From Fistulifera solaris (lineage: Eukaryota): a DNA stretch of 64,000 nt. Where the stretch lies: positions 1,302,001-1,366,000 of the forward strand of contig AP026136.1 in NCBI GenBank assembly GCA_030295235.1. The letters are read 5' to 3'. Shown piece by piece: positions 36,366 through 48,200 of this stretch. The translations under genes and the position numbers were made by a program. Below the pieces are notes generated by a model. The model was not told the DNA's origin and ran no database searches. It was given only the letters and a program-made list of their open reading frames with translations. The stretch's first letter is position 1; each line of letters starts with the position of its first letter.

Positions 36366-39300
36366 CTACCGTCGGCGCGATGTTTTAGATGGCTTGGAAG
36401 ATTTGCGTTGCGCACGGTCGGCCTGGCGTCTTTCACGAGCATTTTGTATCTCGGTATCAATCCAAGCTTCTTCCAAACAAAAGTCTTCGTCCAGTTCGGA
36501 GCGTTTAAGTCTGTGCACGCGAGGCGGCGGCATCTTGTAGTAATAGGTGGAACTCACTTCACTCGAAACCGTTTCGCCATCCTCGTGTCTCGACTGTTTG
36601 CTCTTTGTACCACGATGTTTAGTGAGCTGGCCCTGACGCATAAATGCGACCCCACGATATTCTTCCGGGACCGCAATCATGTGAGGGTCATTCGTTGCTT
36701 TTACAAAGTCATGAGGTGTGGATTGGCCAGGAGGGCGATTCTTATTTGACGGACTGGCCGCCACATTACTGAATACATTTTCAAGAAGCGCATCTTCTTC
36801 GTCGTCTCTCTTACATCTCTTCTGCCTCCTCTTGAGCTTTCGCTGAAGACGTTTCTTCTGGTGACGAATCTCGCGATCAACTTCGGCTTTCACCCACAAA
36901 AAGAATCTTTGTATTTTACGCGCAGCATTCTCTCGCTCCTGCTGACGCACTAGAACTTCAAAATCCGGGTTGTCGCCGGCAATTATACTTCGCGCCTGCT
37001 CTAGAATACGTTTGAGAACACGTCGATTTTCATATTCTTTCAAAGCCAAATACTTGCGAGCGACAGTTTGAACGACAATGACGGAGCCGATCACTTCCAG
37101 ATATTTCATCTCCGTAAAGAATCGTCTGGACTGTCTCTGGATTTTGATACAAGCAAGATTTCTACGCGCAGAGCCCACAATTTGGTCTCTATAGGTCGAG
37201 CGCACCGAATAGCCTCGCCAGGATCGTTGTATAGTACGAGCCGCTGCGTACTTGTGGAAAGGTTTGGTGCATAAATATGCCCGAGCGTAACGTTGAATGA
37301 TCCGTGCTGCAGCACGCTTCCAAAAGCAAAAGCGAATCAAATAGCCACGGACCACAGCTTGAATCTTGCTGGCTGCAAGGTATTCTTTGTACGCTATTCG
37401 AACAACGTATGCTCTCCATGAAGCTTGAATCAATCGGGCCGCTGTGAATTGACCATAGGCTTTTCGGACTAAGTATGCCCTCCAAGTCTTTTGTATAGCC
37501 GTACTATTTGCGACCTGACCCTCGCCGAGAGGAGAGACTGCCGTCAAAATATTGTCGCTGCTGTGACTTGCTCGCTCGCCATTACCACGAAGAACAGCTT
37601 GGATTTTGGACGCTGCCAAACTTTCGAGATCCAACCGTTGCTTGGCAAGATGTCTTCTCCAAAATGTCTGAATTTTTCGAGCTGCCAAGTAAGTCAGGAA
37701 TGCTTCCCTTCCTTTTTTATATGCAGTTCGAATCACATGGCCACGGAACTGGGCCTGAATTAAGCGACACGCCAGATAATCGACGCATAATCGGCGCACA
37801 GTGGCGCCTCTCCATCTCGTTTGAATCACACAAGCTGCCCTGTTCTCATCGACCCTAGGATATAAGATTTCTTTTGCGGATCGACTGACACGCTGAGCTT
37901 GTCTTAGTTGAAATGCTCTGACGGCATGTTGAATAGCAACCACTCCGGATAAAATTGACCCATAGCGTTGTTTTGCCTGATAGCCACGGAAGGTAGACTG
38001 AATCGTCATCGCACTGTCGAGAGAGATGATAAAATTGGAGAAATGCCAAAATCTCCTCCACTGTGCCTGAACTAGAGTCGCGGCTCGATGTTCGTATTTC
38101 ATGATCAGGTACTCCGTTTCCGCAACGAATCGGCGCCAGTACCGCTGGATTGTGACTCCTGCATCCTGGCGTTGCTGCTCTTGCATAACACGACGGCGCC
38201 TGATAGCCAACCATCTGCGTGCAACACTTTGAATAATCACAACATCAGCGATTGCAAACATGTAGTCTGCGTATGCAACAAACCCCCTCCAAACTTTTTG
38301 AATCATCACAGCTGACTGCAGACGCCGCAGCTTTGTCTTGCAAAACCACATCCTTACGCCTGCTTGTAGCGTAATAGCATGCCGGTGACGCAGCGTGTTG
38401 GCTACTCGTCGCGCTTTCCATCTACGAACAGCAGACTGAGCGATCAAGACATCAGCCAGGAAGTGCAAGTAATTCATTGTACAATCATAGGATCTCCACT
38501 GAGTTTGGATAGCGACGGCTGCTTTGTATTCACGCTCAGAGCGCTTAGCATTAGCCAGCTTCTGTGCTTTTCTTCTCCGCCAAACACTTTGGATTATTAT
38601 GATATCCAATAAATCAAGCTGGTAGTTAAATCTCCCGATGAAAGAGCGGTAAGACGTTTGAATTTTTGTGGCTGCAGCCCGTTTGCCCGCTAGCTCCTTA
38701 CGAACTAAAAACGTTCGTACCACCGATTGAATTTGAATAATGGAAACCATCCGATCCATAGCTTGGTTCATTGCTAAGAATTTCCGAACTGCAGTTTGAA
38801 TGAGAGTGATGTTGTAAATTTTCTCGTAGACATCGAGCGTCGCCAGCAGGCCTCGAACATGGCGTTGGATTTCGATCGCACAACACTGTTGCAACAGTAA
38901 ATGGTCTCGCTGAACACCGGCGCGATACAGCGCTTGGATCCTGCTCGCAGCGTCATGTTTTATTTTCATATTTGATTGAACAAACCAACGTCGTGCACAT
39001 GCTTGTATCATGACAATGGCCCACATCCGCGTCAGAGCTTCGCGGAGCGCCAAATGTTTGCGCACCATGCATTGAACAGGAATAACGGCCGCCGATAGCA
39101 AGCGCAGTCCCGCTCGTTGCATGGGGTCGTTTTCGTCGAATGAAATGGCTGTCGAATGTCCCCGTACAGCGCTTTCTAAGGAAGTCCTGCCATTTCTTCG
39201 TAAAGTGCTTCTCAATCTACGAATGTCCGAGCCCACTGACGATAGCCTTTCGGGCGCATACCGTTGTTTAGTGACCGAATCGCTTTCTAACAAGGACGCT

Positions 39301-40858
39301 GCCAGAATTCCGCTGGGTTCTGATCGATGATGAATCGATTTCTTGACTAGTGGAGGTTCCATGGCCTCAGACGTTCGAGAGGGCACATTCCTTTGGTTGA
39401 ACAAACCACGACGAGCGGCCATGATTTTTCCGTGATCCTGTCCACGGAAACGATCAAGTCTAGGCTCCGGTGGCTTGGGGACTATCGGAGAGGCGGGAGT
39501 TGCTCGTGATTTTATCAGGGGTGAAGTGGGCACAGGAGATGATCGCGGTGAAAAGCGGTGCGCATTACTATTCCTTGAAGTTCCTACCATAGTAAAGGAA
39601 CTATTTCTCAAAGGAGAATCACTCTTTCTACGTCTTGCTGGAGAAGTATCAGCCACTCTCTTCGAATGGAATGCGCTAGGTGACGGGGACCTTGTACGAT
39701 GACTTTCGGGTTTGGGTTCTGCTCGAGATTGACGTCTATGCCGAACCATTTCTTGCTTTACTACTTCCTGTCTTCTTACGCCGTCGTCGTCTTCATCAGA
39801 AGTAACATCGACACAATCGAGGGCGGGATCATCGGCTAAGTGTCCTTCGCTGACGATAATGTGGTTGTGAAAGTGTTCAGCGAAAGGGTCTGCAAATATT
39901 TCCATAGTCTCCGGATCAGATGATGTGTCGAATCGGTCAGCAGCAAATGGCGATATATTAAAAGGGTCAACCGTTCTAGGGGCGAGCGTTATTATCTTCT
40001 TGTTTTGAAAAAGGAAGGGTTTGTCAAACCGCTGACTTCTGTTTGAATCGCAGGAGAAGTGGGTCTCTTCAATAAGAAGCCGGACGCTTGCGGAAAAACA
40101 TCATATTCCTCTGATACGACCGTGTCTGAAGAATAAAGACGGTGCTGCGCTGAATGTGACATAGATATCGAGTGATGTGTGACCGCTGTCTATTAATTAC
40201 GGAAAGAATGGGTAAAAACACGCGTGAGAAGTGGATCACCAAGTCGAATCGTTTCTCTGTCGTAAAAAATACGTACCTCAAATGTGCTCCTGCTTGCTAC
40301 TTGTTGTTCAAAACCACTAGATCTCTGGCCATGTTGTCTTTGCTGCCTCGCTAGTATATCGCTCTCTCGCGTACGCAGAGGATCCTCTTCGACTGCAATA
40401 GGATGTTCACGTGAGCCGACTCCATCCCAGCTATCGGTAAAACGTCCCTGCCAGTGATCCGTCAGATCAGCTGGAACAACCCATTCCGTTGAGTTGATTG
40501 CTTGATTTCTCGGCTTAAAGAAGAAACCGTCATCTTCTTCTGGCCAGGTAGCTTGCGACCACGGATCCGAGGTTGTTGAGAGAGGAAACCTTTGATTACG
40601 AGACTGTGCTACAGCTGTTTCGTCGACTTCCTGGTTCACCCAACTTCCCGCGGATACACTGTTCGAAACTGATCTATTCTTGTTGACCGGACACCCGTTA
40701 TTATTATCTTTTCCGTGGCTTATTGCTCGTTCAGTACGCTTATTGCTGATAATATTTCGAATTTCGGGCTGCACGACACTACGTCCGTTGCTTTTGCTTC
40801 TTGCTGCTGAACGAGTGCTCCTGTCCTTTTTACCCCCGATAGCAGAAAAGAACTTCAT
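36366..40858 (-). CDS. Multi-IQ calmodulin-binding motif protein (ASPM-like)
   Basis: Over 25 IQxxxRGxxxR-like motifs in the 1179-aa ORF. The upstream ORF 40193-40858 has a GT donor near 40275 and is the likely exon 1; the exact junction is unresolved. Confidence 0.85.
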
Positions 40859-41829
40859 TGCTTAATTCCAGGATAATAGCAATGGTGCTTCAAGTCGTCT
40901 ATTCACTATCATTGACTTTCTTTCCTCTTGCTTCAATTGAGGACGAGAGATGCGCGGCTCCGTGAATGCAGATTTGTACCTGGTATTCCTTCCACACCAG
41001 CGAGAGCGATTCACGGCGAATTTCCGTTGATGAATACATACCCAGACAAGGTACTCATTTTCTTATTGTTCGGAGTCAGTCAGTCCATACTTAAAAGGTT
41101 CCCTTTCTAATTACTCTTAATTTTAGCGAACAAGATAGTGGCACCGGCGACCAACGAGTGTCTGTTGAAGCATCATTAGACACTACTTGTCCTAAATAAA
41201 AGCTTTATGAAATCATTCAAACTCAATACATTTGCACGTAATATATTTAGACACACATTGAATTTTTTCGAAATCAATATATTTACTGTAGCCTTGAATG
41301 CAGTATCGGGACTGAACTACACCGTAGTCCCGGAGTACTAGTAACCACATTATTTTACTCCGTTCCTAAATTGCCGGTACGATAATGGACCGATTTTCCG
41401 CTAATCATTCATGCAATATGTCTTTTATCGGTGGATGTACTACTATTGATATTTGTTCATGCATAAAGAACATCAGCGGCTCTTGTGCTCTCTAGGTGTT
41501 GGAGATCATTTAACTCCACCTCAGACCTCAACCTTTACCAAAAACCTGCAAAATTGTTGAAGAGAGGACTAAGCACTCTTTATTTAATAAATTACTCTAT
41601 GTTTTTATTTCGTCTATTTGTGATTCTTGAGCCTAAACAATAGCTGATTTACGACCAACGGGAAGCCGTGGAAAGTCGCAAGCCGCCCTCTTCGACCTCA
41701 TAAAGCCCCATTTCTGCACATGCTTCGGCCCATTGAGTCTTACCAGGTACTGGTACCGGTACCGGTACCACTTTACTGCACTCGAGCGAAGTGAGCGATG
41801 GGCAGACGCCGACGTTTCGTCGTTCGCAC

Positions 41830-41962
41830 AAACACCACACCCCCACATTTTCTGGGTACGTGAAAACACCACACTCCCATATTTTCTGGGTACGTGAAAA
41901 CACGACGCCCACATTTTCTGGGTACGTGAAAACACCCCAGGCCCATATTTTCTGGGTACGTC
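41830..41962. repeat. Four tandem ~33-bp units aaaacacc..cccayattttctgggtacgtg (same satellite family)
   Basis: Directly visible. The block is bracketed by a 20-bp direct repeat at 41813-41832 and 42013-42032. Confidence 0.9.
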
Positions 41963-42912
41963 AACATACTGGTACAGTACCTGGTACCGGTACCATTCTC
42001 AACAAATTTTCGCGTTTCGTCGTTCGCACAAAACGTTCGTTCCTCAATAAATTTCTTTCGTCGCCATCGACATCAAACTAGCGTTTTCAATCTAACGTCG
42101 CGTAACTTTTGCTGTTTATCAGCTCAATACTCTTTCTTATGAATATACGGTTTATAAATGAGCAGTTTCTTGGCGATCCTTGAGAGGTCTTGCCAACGAT
42201 CGAAAATTCACTGTCGACAGAGAAAACATTGCCGACAAAAGCTCTCCGAAAGCCGAGAAACATACTGACGCCATTCTGTGACAATATTCAGAAGCATCTT
42301 GCTTCGCTTCAGACGTTCTCACAAGAAAAGGATTCTTTATCGTCTCATTCTCGCTAATCGATTTTCGCTTAAAATTTTCTTTCTCCTTGCGTCGAATTAT
42401 CGAATCATCAACTTCGCACGAGCGACAGAACCGCTTAGATTCAAATAAACTTAAGTCAATAGTCACGATTGATGAATATTTATTTCCTATCACCAATAAA
42501 ACATCTATTTTTCCTCTGATATAGCATTGTCGGGACCTAACTGATTATTGACTTTGTACGCGAAACTCGCTTTATGGCTTGCGGGATCGAGGCCAAATGC
42601 ACGCTTCCCGACGGTCATTGTTGATTCACAGCTCTTCATTCAAAAAATTAGAGATATTGCGGATTTTTGAGGGCAAGTAACAAGCCGAGAAAAAGTAAGG
42701 GCAACCTGACCAAATCCGAAAAGATATCGCCACTGCCTTTCCACAAAGCTTTTCTTGAGCGCTGCGTACGAAGGTATCACATAAACTACTATTCATCCTC
42801 AATCCTCATTTCAATCCACAGGATGTAAAAATTGCTGGTTTATGCAACAATAGCTTGATCCAAAAATGACCATGGATCGCCATTTTTTACCCCGCCCGGA
42901 TCGAAAAACATG

Positions 42913-44740
42913 CTACAGCTCGTCTTGTCCCCTTCTTTGACGGAATCTCAAGTCCGTCTCCTGATATTGGCTTTTCAAAGTGTACAGTAACTGGTAGCCG
43001 CCAAGATCAGAGAGTAATTCGGATAGCTGGTCAAATCCTTCCGCATAAGGCTGAAAACTTCGCACGGCGGTTGCAGAATAAGGAATTTTCAAAGACACTC
43101 CGTTCGAGGATAGACCGATCCGCTCAAGTAGAATATCTGTCATACCGTTGGGATCTTGCATCCAATCTTCGTATCGAATGTGAATAATACGACCGGGAAG
43201 TACGTCGTCCCAGTGTCGCATCATTTGACGATAGGCGCGATAAAGTTCTACCAAGACATCCCAGTTGCATGTATAGTCATAAATTCCGAAATCCGAGGAC
43301 GTAGAGGAATCATGCATGAAAGCAGCCACGAGATTTTCCAAGGGATCCCTTACAACATGAACAATAAGTGCATCCGAATAGATTGTATGCAGCAAACCGA
43401 TGGAGTAATAGTTCATCCAAAAGAGTCAACCGCAAATCGCGCGGAATATCCGCCCAGCATTTGCTGCACGATGCTTTCTGCCAGGGAATGGATGACCGCA
43501 GGTAGATCAGCCTGAGAGACCGATGCTATTAGATTTCGAATTTCTGTCAGACGTTGATTCCATATCGAGTGGGATGTGCCGATTATATCTGAGTGAGATG
43601 CTACCAAGTGCCTTTCCACCAGCGTGGCTCCACTTTCAATAAACCCCATCACAAAGATTGGTGATTTCGTCGAACTTCCAATTTTCTGGGACCAAAAGCC
43701 TTTTTTAAAAATAGAACGCGTATTATGAACCTTTTGTAGTTCCGCTCCATTTTGCCAGGGCGGCAAAGCAGCCACTTTCGTACGACAACCAGTTTGGAGA
43801 TGCTCCCTTGCTCGGGGAATATTGCCGTGTACAAGATGATACCACATTAACGCGAGATTGAGACGGTGGATTGTGGTAGCATACTGGTATTTAGCTACAA
43901 GCGAATTTGCAGGAGAGGATTGTCTGGAAAGCGCAAAAGATCTTTCTCTGCTGCAGCGACAACAAATTTCCATTCTGGTGCATTTTTCGTCAATAATTGC
44001 ACGAGCTGAAGCAATATGGACGACGTTGTCAAAAACGATTTTTGCTGGTCATGCTGCAAGGCTTGCGTGTAATCGAAGACGGCGTTTTCGGTGTATTCAT
44101 CTCCCAGAGTCCGCCATGCATCCCCCCTTGCTCGCCAGGCTTGCACAGAAGTAGGGTCTATTTTTATGCATTCGTTCCATCGAGTCATGGCTTCATCGAC
44201 TCGATGTAAATTTTGAAATAACCATCTGGCTTGTTCTGTGTAGAACTGACAGAGCAGCTCTTTATGCATGATGGTAGCTGCATCAGTAGATATGGATTGC
44301 TTTATCTTTTGCTGAAGACTTTCGTAGAGATCCATCAACGGTTCTGTATAGGGCGACGAAGAGGCATGCTGCGTGTAAAGTTGCATTGCTTGCAGGTATT
44401 CTATGGCACTCGGTAGATTGTCGGGGTTCATTTCGTAGCTTTGCTTTAAGCGTTCAATTTGTTGAACAAGCTCGACTGAATTCTGTAACGAGAATGATTC
44501 CTGTTGTTGTTCCTCCAGAGGCCGAATGGAGGTCCGTTTCCATCCCTGAGGACGCTTTCTAGCGAAAACAGCAGGCCCTGGATACGTTGGAATAGGATCG
44601 ATTGAAAACGTAACAGTATAACGTGCGAAAATGGCGAAGGAAAAGACTGGAAGAACACAGAACAGCCAGAGCCAGAGAATTTCGTCCTTTTCCTTCTTAA
44701 GTCTGTTATCCTTCTCCTCCTTTATTGTCAATACTTTCAT
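42913..44740 (-). CDS. Membrane-anchored TPR + sulfotransferase-like protein with ER-retention-like QDEL end
   Basis: N-terminal TM, TPR-like helices, 'PIFVMGFIESGATLVER', 'IVHVVRDPLE', 'YRQMMRHWDDVLPGRIIHIRYED', ending QDEL. Frameshifts near 43905 and 43418. Confidence 0.75.
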
Positions 44741-45296
44741 GGTAATTGTGTTATCATATTTGTAAATAACAACTAGAAAAGGACAATCAGAGCGGCAAGA
44801 AATAATTAAAGCCATCGTCGCCTTCGAAAAGGAAGCCTACATATACACTCTATCATATAGTTCGGTAGGATGATGATTCTTGATTGAAACCATGTTGACG
44901 CACTTCTCTCTAGCAACATCATCAACACCAATGCCATCATCAATAATCTAATGATGCTGGACATGACTGGGTTCAATGCGGCTTCGAGAGTGGAAAAGTT
45001 TAGTTCATTGAAAAATGACATATTAGTTCGGTTGACTGTTTCCAAGATTGTGAAGTTTTGTCGCGAGTCAGTCGTCATGATATTGGTCTCTAGCCGTCGA
45101 TCCGAAGCTCTTTACAAGGTACAGTACCTGGTACTGTAAGTACGGTACGTCTCACCTCTCCATCTCCATAGCATCATTGCTGCGGACTCTTACTCAGTAT
45201 TTTTTTTATTTTGGCCGCTTTGCGATCATCACAAACGATTCATACCCCCTTACTTTATCATATTTTGTTGTATTTCTTATCTCCATTAAAACATCA

Positions 45297-48200
45297 ATGT
45301 CAGTGTTCCCGTCACAGACACTAGCAGTCTTTCACGACGATGAAGAATGGCTCTCGCGGTTAATCGCTGACACGCAAGCTCTTGAAGAATTTCCTTCATC
45401 TGCGTTTATCGACCGTTTCTTGAAGGATCGTTATTGTGACACACTTTCTTGCTGGACCGAATGGATTGCACAAGCGGAAGCATACGGATTCATTATACCC
45501 CGTGAGATCTCATTTATTCAATCATATGATGTTCCTTCGTCGGCATCGACAAAAACGCGGCTTCCTGCACGGTTGTCAGAGTCTTTCGTCCGAGCGATAA
45601 CGATCTTGCTGAATGTGTCTCGCTACACCGCGATAGAACTTACTACGACAGCTTTGGCGATGTCTTCCGTCGATATTACAACCGATGAATTTGAAGCCGG
45701 GCTAGATCTTATTTTAAAGGTGGTGGAGTGCTACCACCGTCAACGCATAGCTCGTTTGGGTTTGCTTACAGAATTGTTGCGAATCGAGCAAGCGGCAAGC
45801 TCAGAAGATGTTGAACACTCACAGGCTCATTCTACCCTGAGCCGCTCGAAAGCTAAAGGAATTGTTCAGCAGCTTGAGCCTTTCAACCTATTTGCGATTC
45901 TCCTCATGGCAGCATATTCACAGGAAGACCGTGAAGTGCCTTCGACTTCTCTCTCCCGACCTCAACGTGAAGCGCTACAAAGTTTGCCTAAAACAACCAC
46001 ATTTACTTCTTTTGTTACCAATCTGATGCAAGTTAAAAACATGTTTGCGAAACAACAGCAAATCAAGGCCATGGAAGCACTCGTCGCTCTGTGTTACGAG
46101 CGTGTCACCATACAACGCGCTCATTTGATCATCTTGTCGGTAGCGTATTCCAAAACAACCGACCATTTGGTAGGAATGTGGGGACTCGAAGGGCTGGCAC
46201 TCTGGAGAGATACACCGGATCATCCACTCTTGCAAGGCGCACAGGCGCACGACGAGGTCAGGGCACTCGCAAAACTGTGGCAGCGACAGTGTCTCGTGTC
46301 GAAACCATTCACGCTCATGGTGCTGGGACTCGGTCTACTCATGCAGGCTGCAAAATTGCCGGAAAGTTCAACGTTGTTGGAAACAGCAAATGAGCAAGAC
46401 GCTTTTGGTTACTTGTATGAAGTTTTGAGGCAACTTGTTCGGCCAGCTCGCTCGTCTCCCGGTGAAAACTCAGAATTGGATGCCTCGAGTCTCATGTTTG
46501 CTGGCATTGGGCGAGAAGCCGTCTCTGCGGCAATATCGGCATTTTCACAAAATTTGGAAAATGTCAACAATGTCGACATCTTGTGTTTGTTAGCGGCCAT
46601 TACTACTCAAAATAGTCCTATCATGACACAACAATTCTGGGTCGATTGGTCCGTCTACACAAAAATGTCCGAAGAAAGACCTCTTTGTGTGCTTATGGAT
46701 CGTGCACATCAACTTGCTCAACGAAATTGCCCTTTGCCCTTTTTAAGGATGGTGACTTCCATTGTTTCGACTTCAGAATCGGTCCGCGTCGTCTTGGAGG
46801 ACTTTGTTCCGCCAAATTTATTCTCTCAGGCTTTGCTAAGCAAAGAGAAGAACGAAGACCTTCTAGTAGTAGTTCTTGAGTGCGTCCGCGTATTGGCTCA
46901 TCATGCTTCTTCTGCCTCAGCGCGGCTGTTGTTGTGTCGTGGGATTGACCCAAAGCTGCTGTGCCAAGCTGTGCTGGAGTCTGCCAGCGAGAATGCCGGT
47001 GCAGCCGGAATGCAAGCGCTTTCAGTGCTGTTGCAGGACAACGCTGAATGGACCCGAGTTATTGCAGATTCTTTTCACTGGATCGTGGGCGAAAGTTGGA
47101 AACACTTGGTGTTCAGAGGGAATCTGACCGCTGGAGCAGCCGCTCAGTTTTTAAGTCGTCTCTTTCGGAATATGACAGCAGTGTTTTTGCTCCCGATACA
47201 AAAGAAACGTTTGTTTTTAGTTTTTTAAGTTGCTTCTACCAGGCACTCATGCCACTCGTATCCTTGCTGTCCTCGTCAGTTCCAATGCTTTCGAAGCCGG
47301 CCTTGGTCGGACAGAAACAGCTTGACGTACAAGAGCGCCATTTCTATCATGGAGTGCGTACACACCACCTTGCAGTATGCCGGGCCTATGGAAGCACTGC
47401 ACCCGTCTGTTGCCGTGGCACAAGCTGTTTCTGATTTTCGTTGGAACATCATTTCATCGATACCTGGGAAATCTATTATTTTTTACGCAACATTACCCGT
47501 CTCATTGAGCATTGCCCGCTTTTTTAGATGAAGAGATCCGTGATGCGCACCTTATTCGGTTAAAAAGAGATCCTAATTCGTTCCAGATTTGGATCGCCAC
47601 CGCAAGCATGAACCCTCTATCGAATGGCGAATTCCAGTCCTTAATAATGGAGTCGCTGGAGAATTCCGACTTATTGTCCTTTGACTTTTCGGATATGGCA
47701 TTTCAGGAGGGCGATACATTGAAAATGCCCATTCAAGCGGCTTCCACCGCCATCACTTTACTTAGTATGTGGTGTAGTGTGGTGGACTCAAGGCGTCAAC
47801 GTAATTCAGAGGCTGTAGACACGGAGTATCCTCATGTTCTCCTGTCGGAACGAGGTGATCTCCCTCACCTGAGCCCTACTACGTCTCGAGCAGTTACCAC
47901 GGTTTGGAATGCAGCGTCCATATCATATGCAGAATTATTTACTCGATATGTTCAGATCCAAGCCTTGTCGGACGATGATGCGTCTATTTCCGAAAAAGGA
48001 ATGAATCTTCTCGTTGTGTTGTCGGAGCGCGCAGCACTTTTAAAGGATGATTCATTCTTTCGCACCGTTTTAGACTCTAGATCTCTTTCTGCGAAGCTCG
48101 GAAAGCAGATTGAACTCTTGTCAAGGTTCGAGGGAGATTGCGATGACAAGATATTCACGTTTTCTTTCGCTATTTTGGCTCATTGTGCAAGATTCAATCT

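Noticed and set aside
41830..41962. CRISPR-like array (also 5590-6030)
   Set aside because: The spacers are short and related to each other, there are no cas genes, and the context is eukaryotic. It is a tandem satellite.
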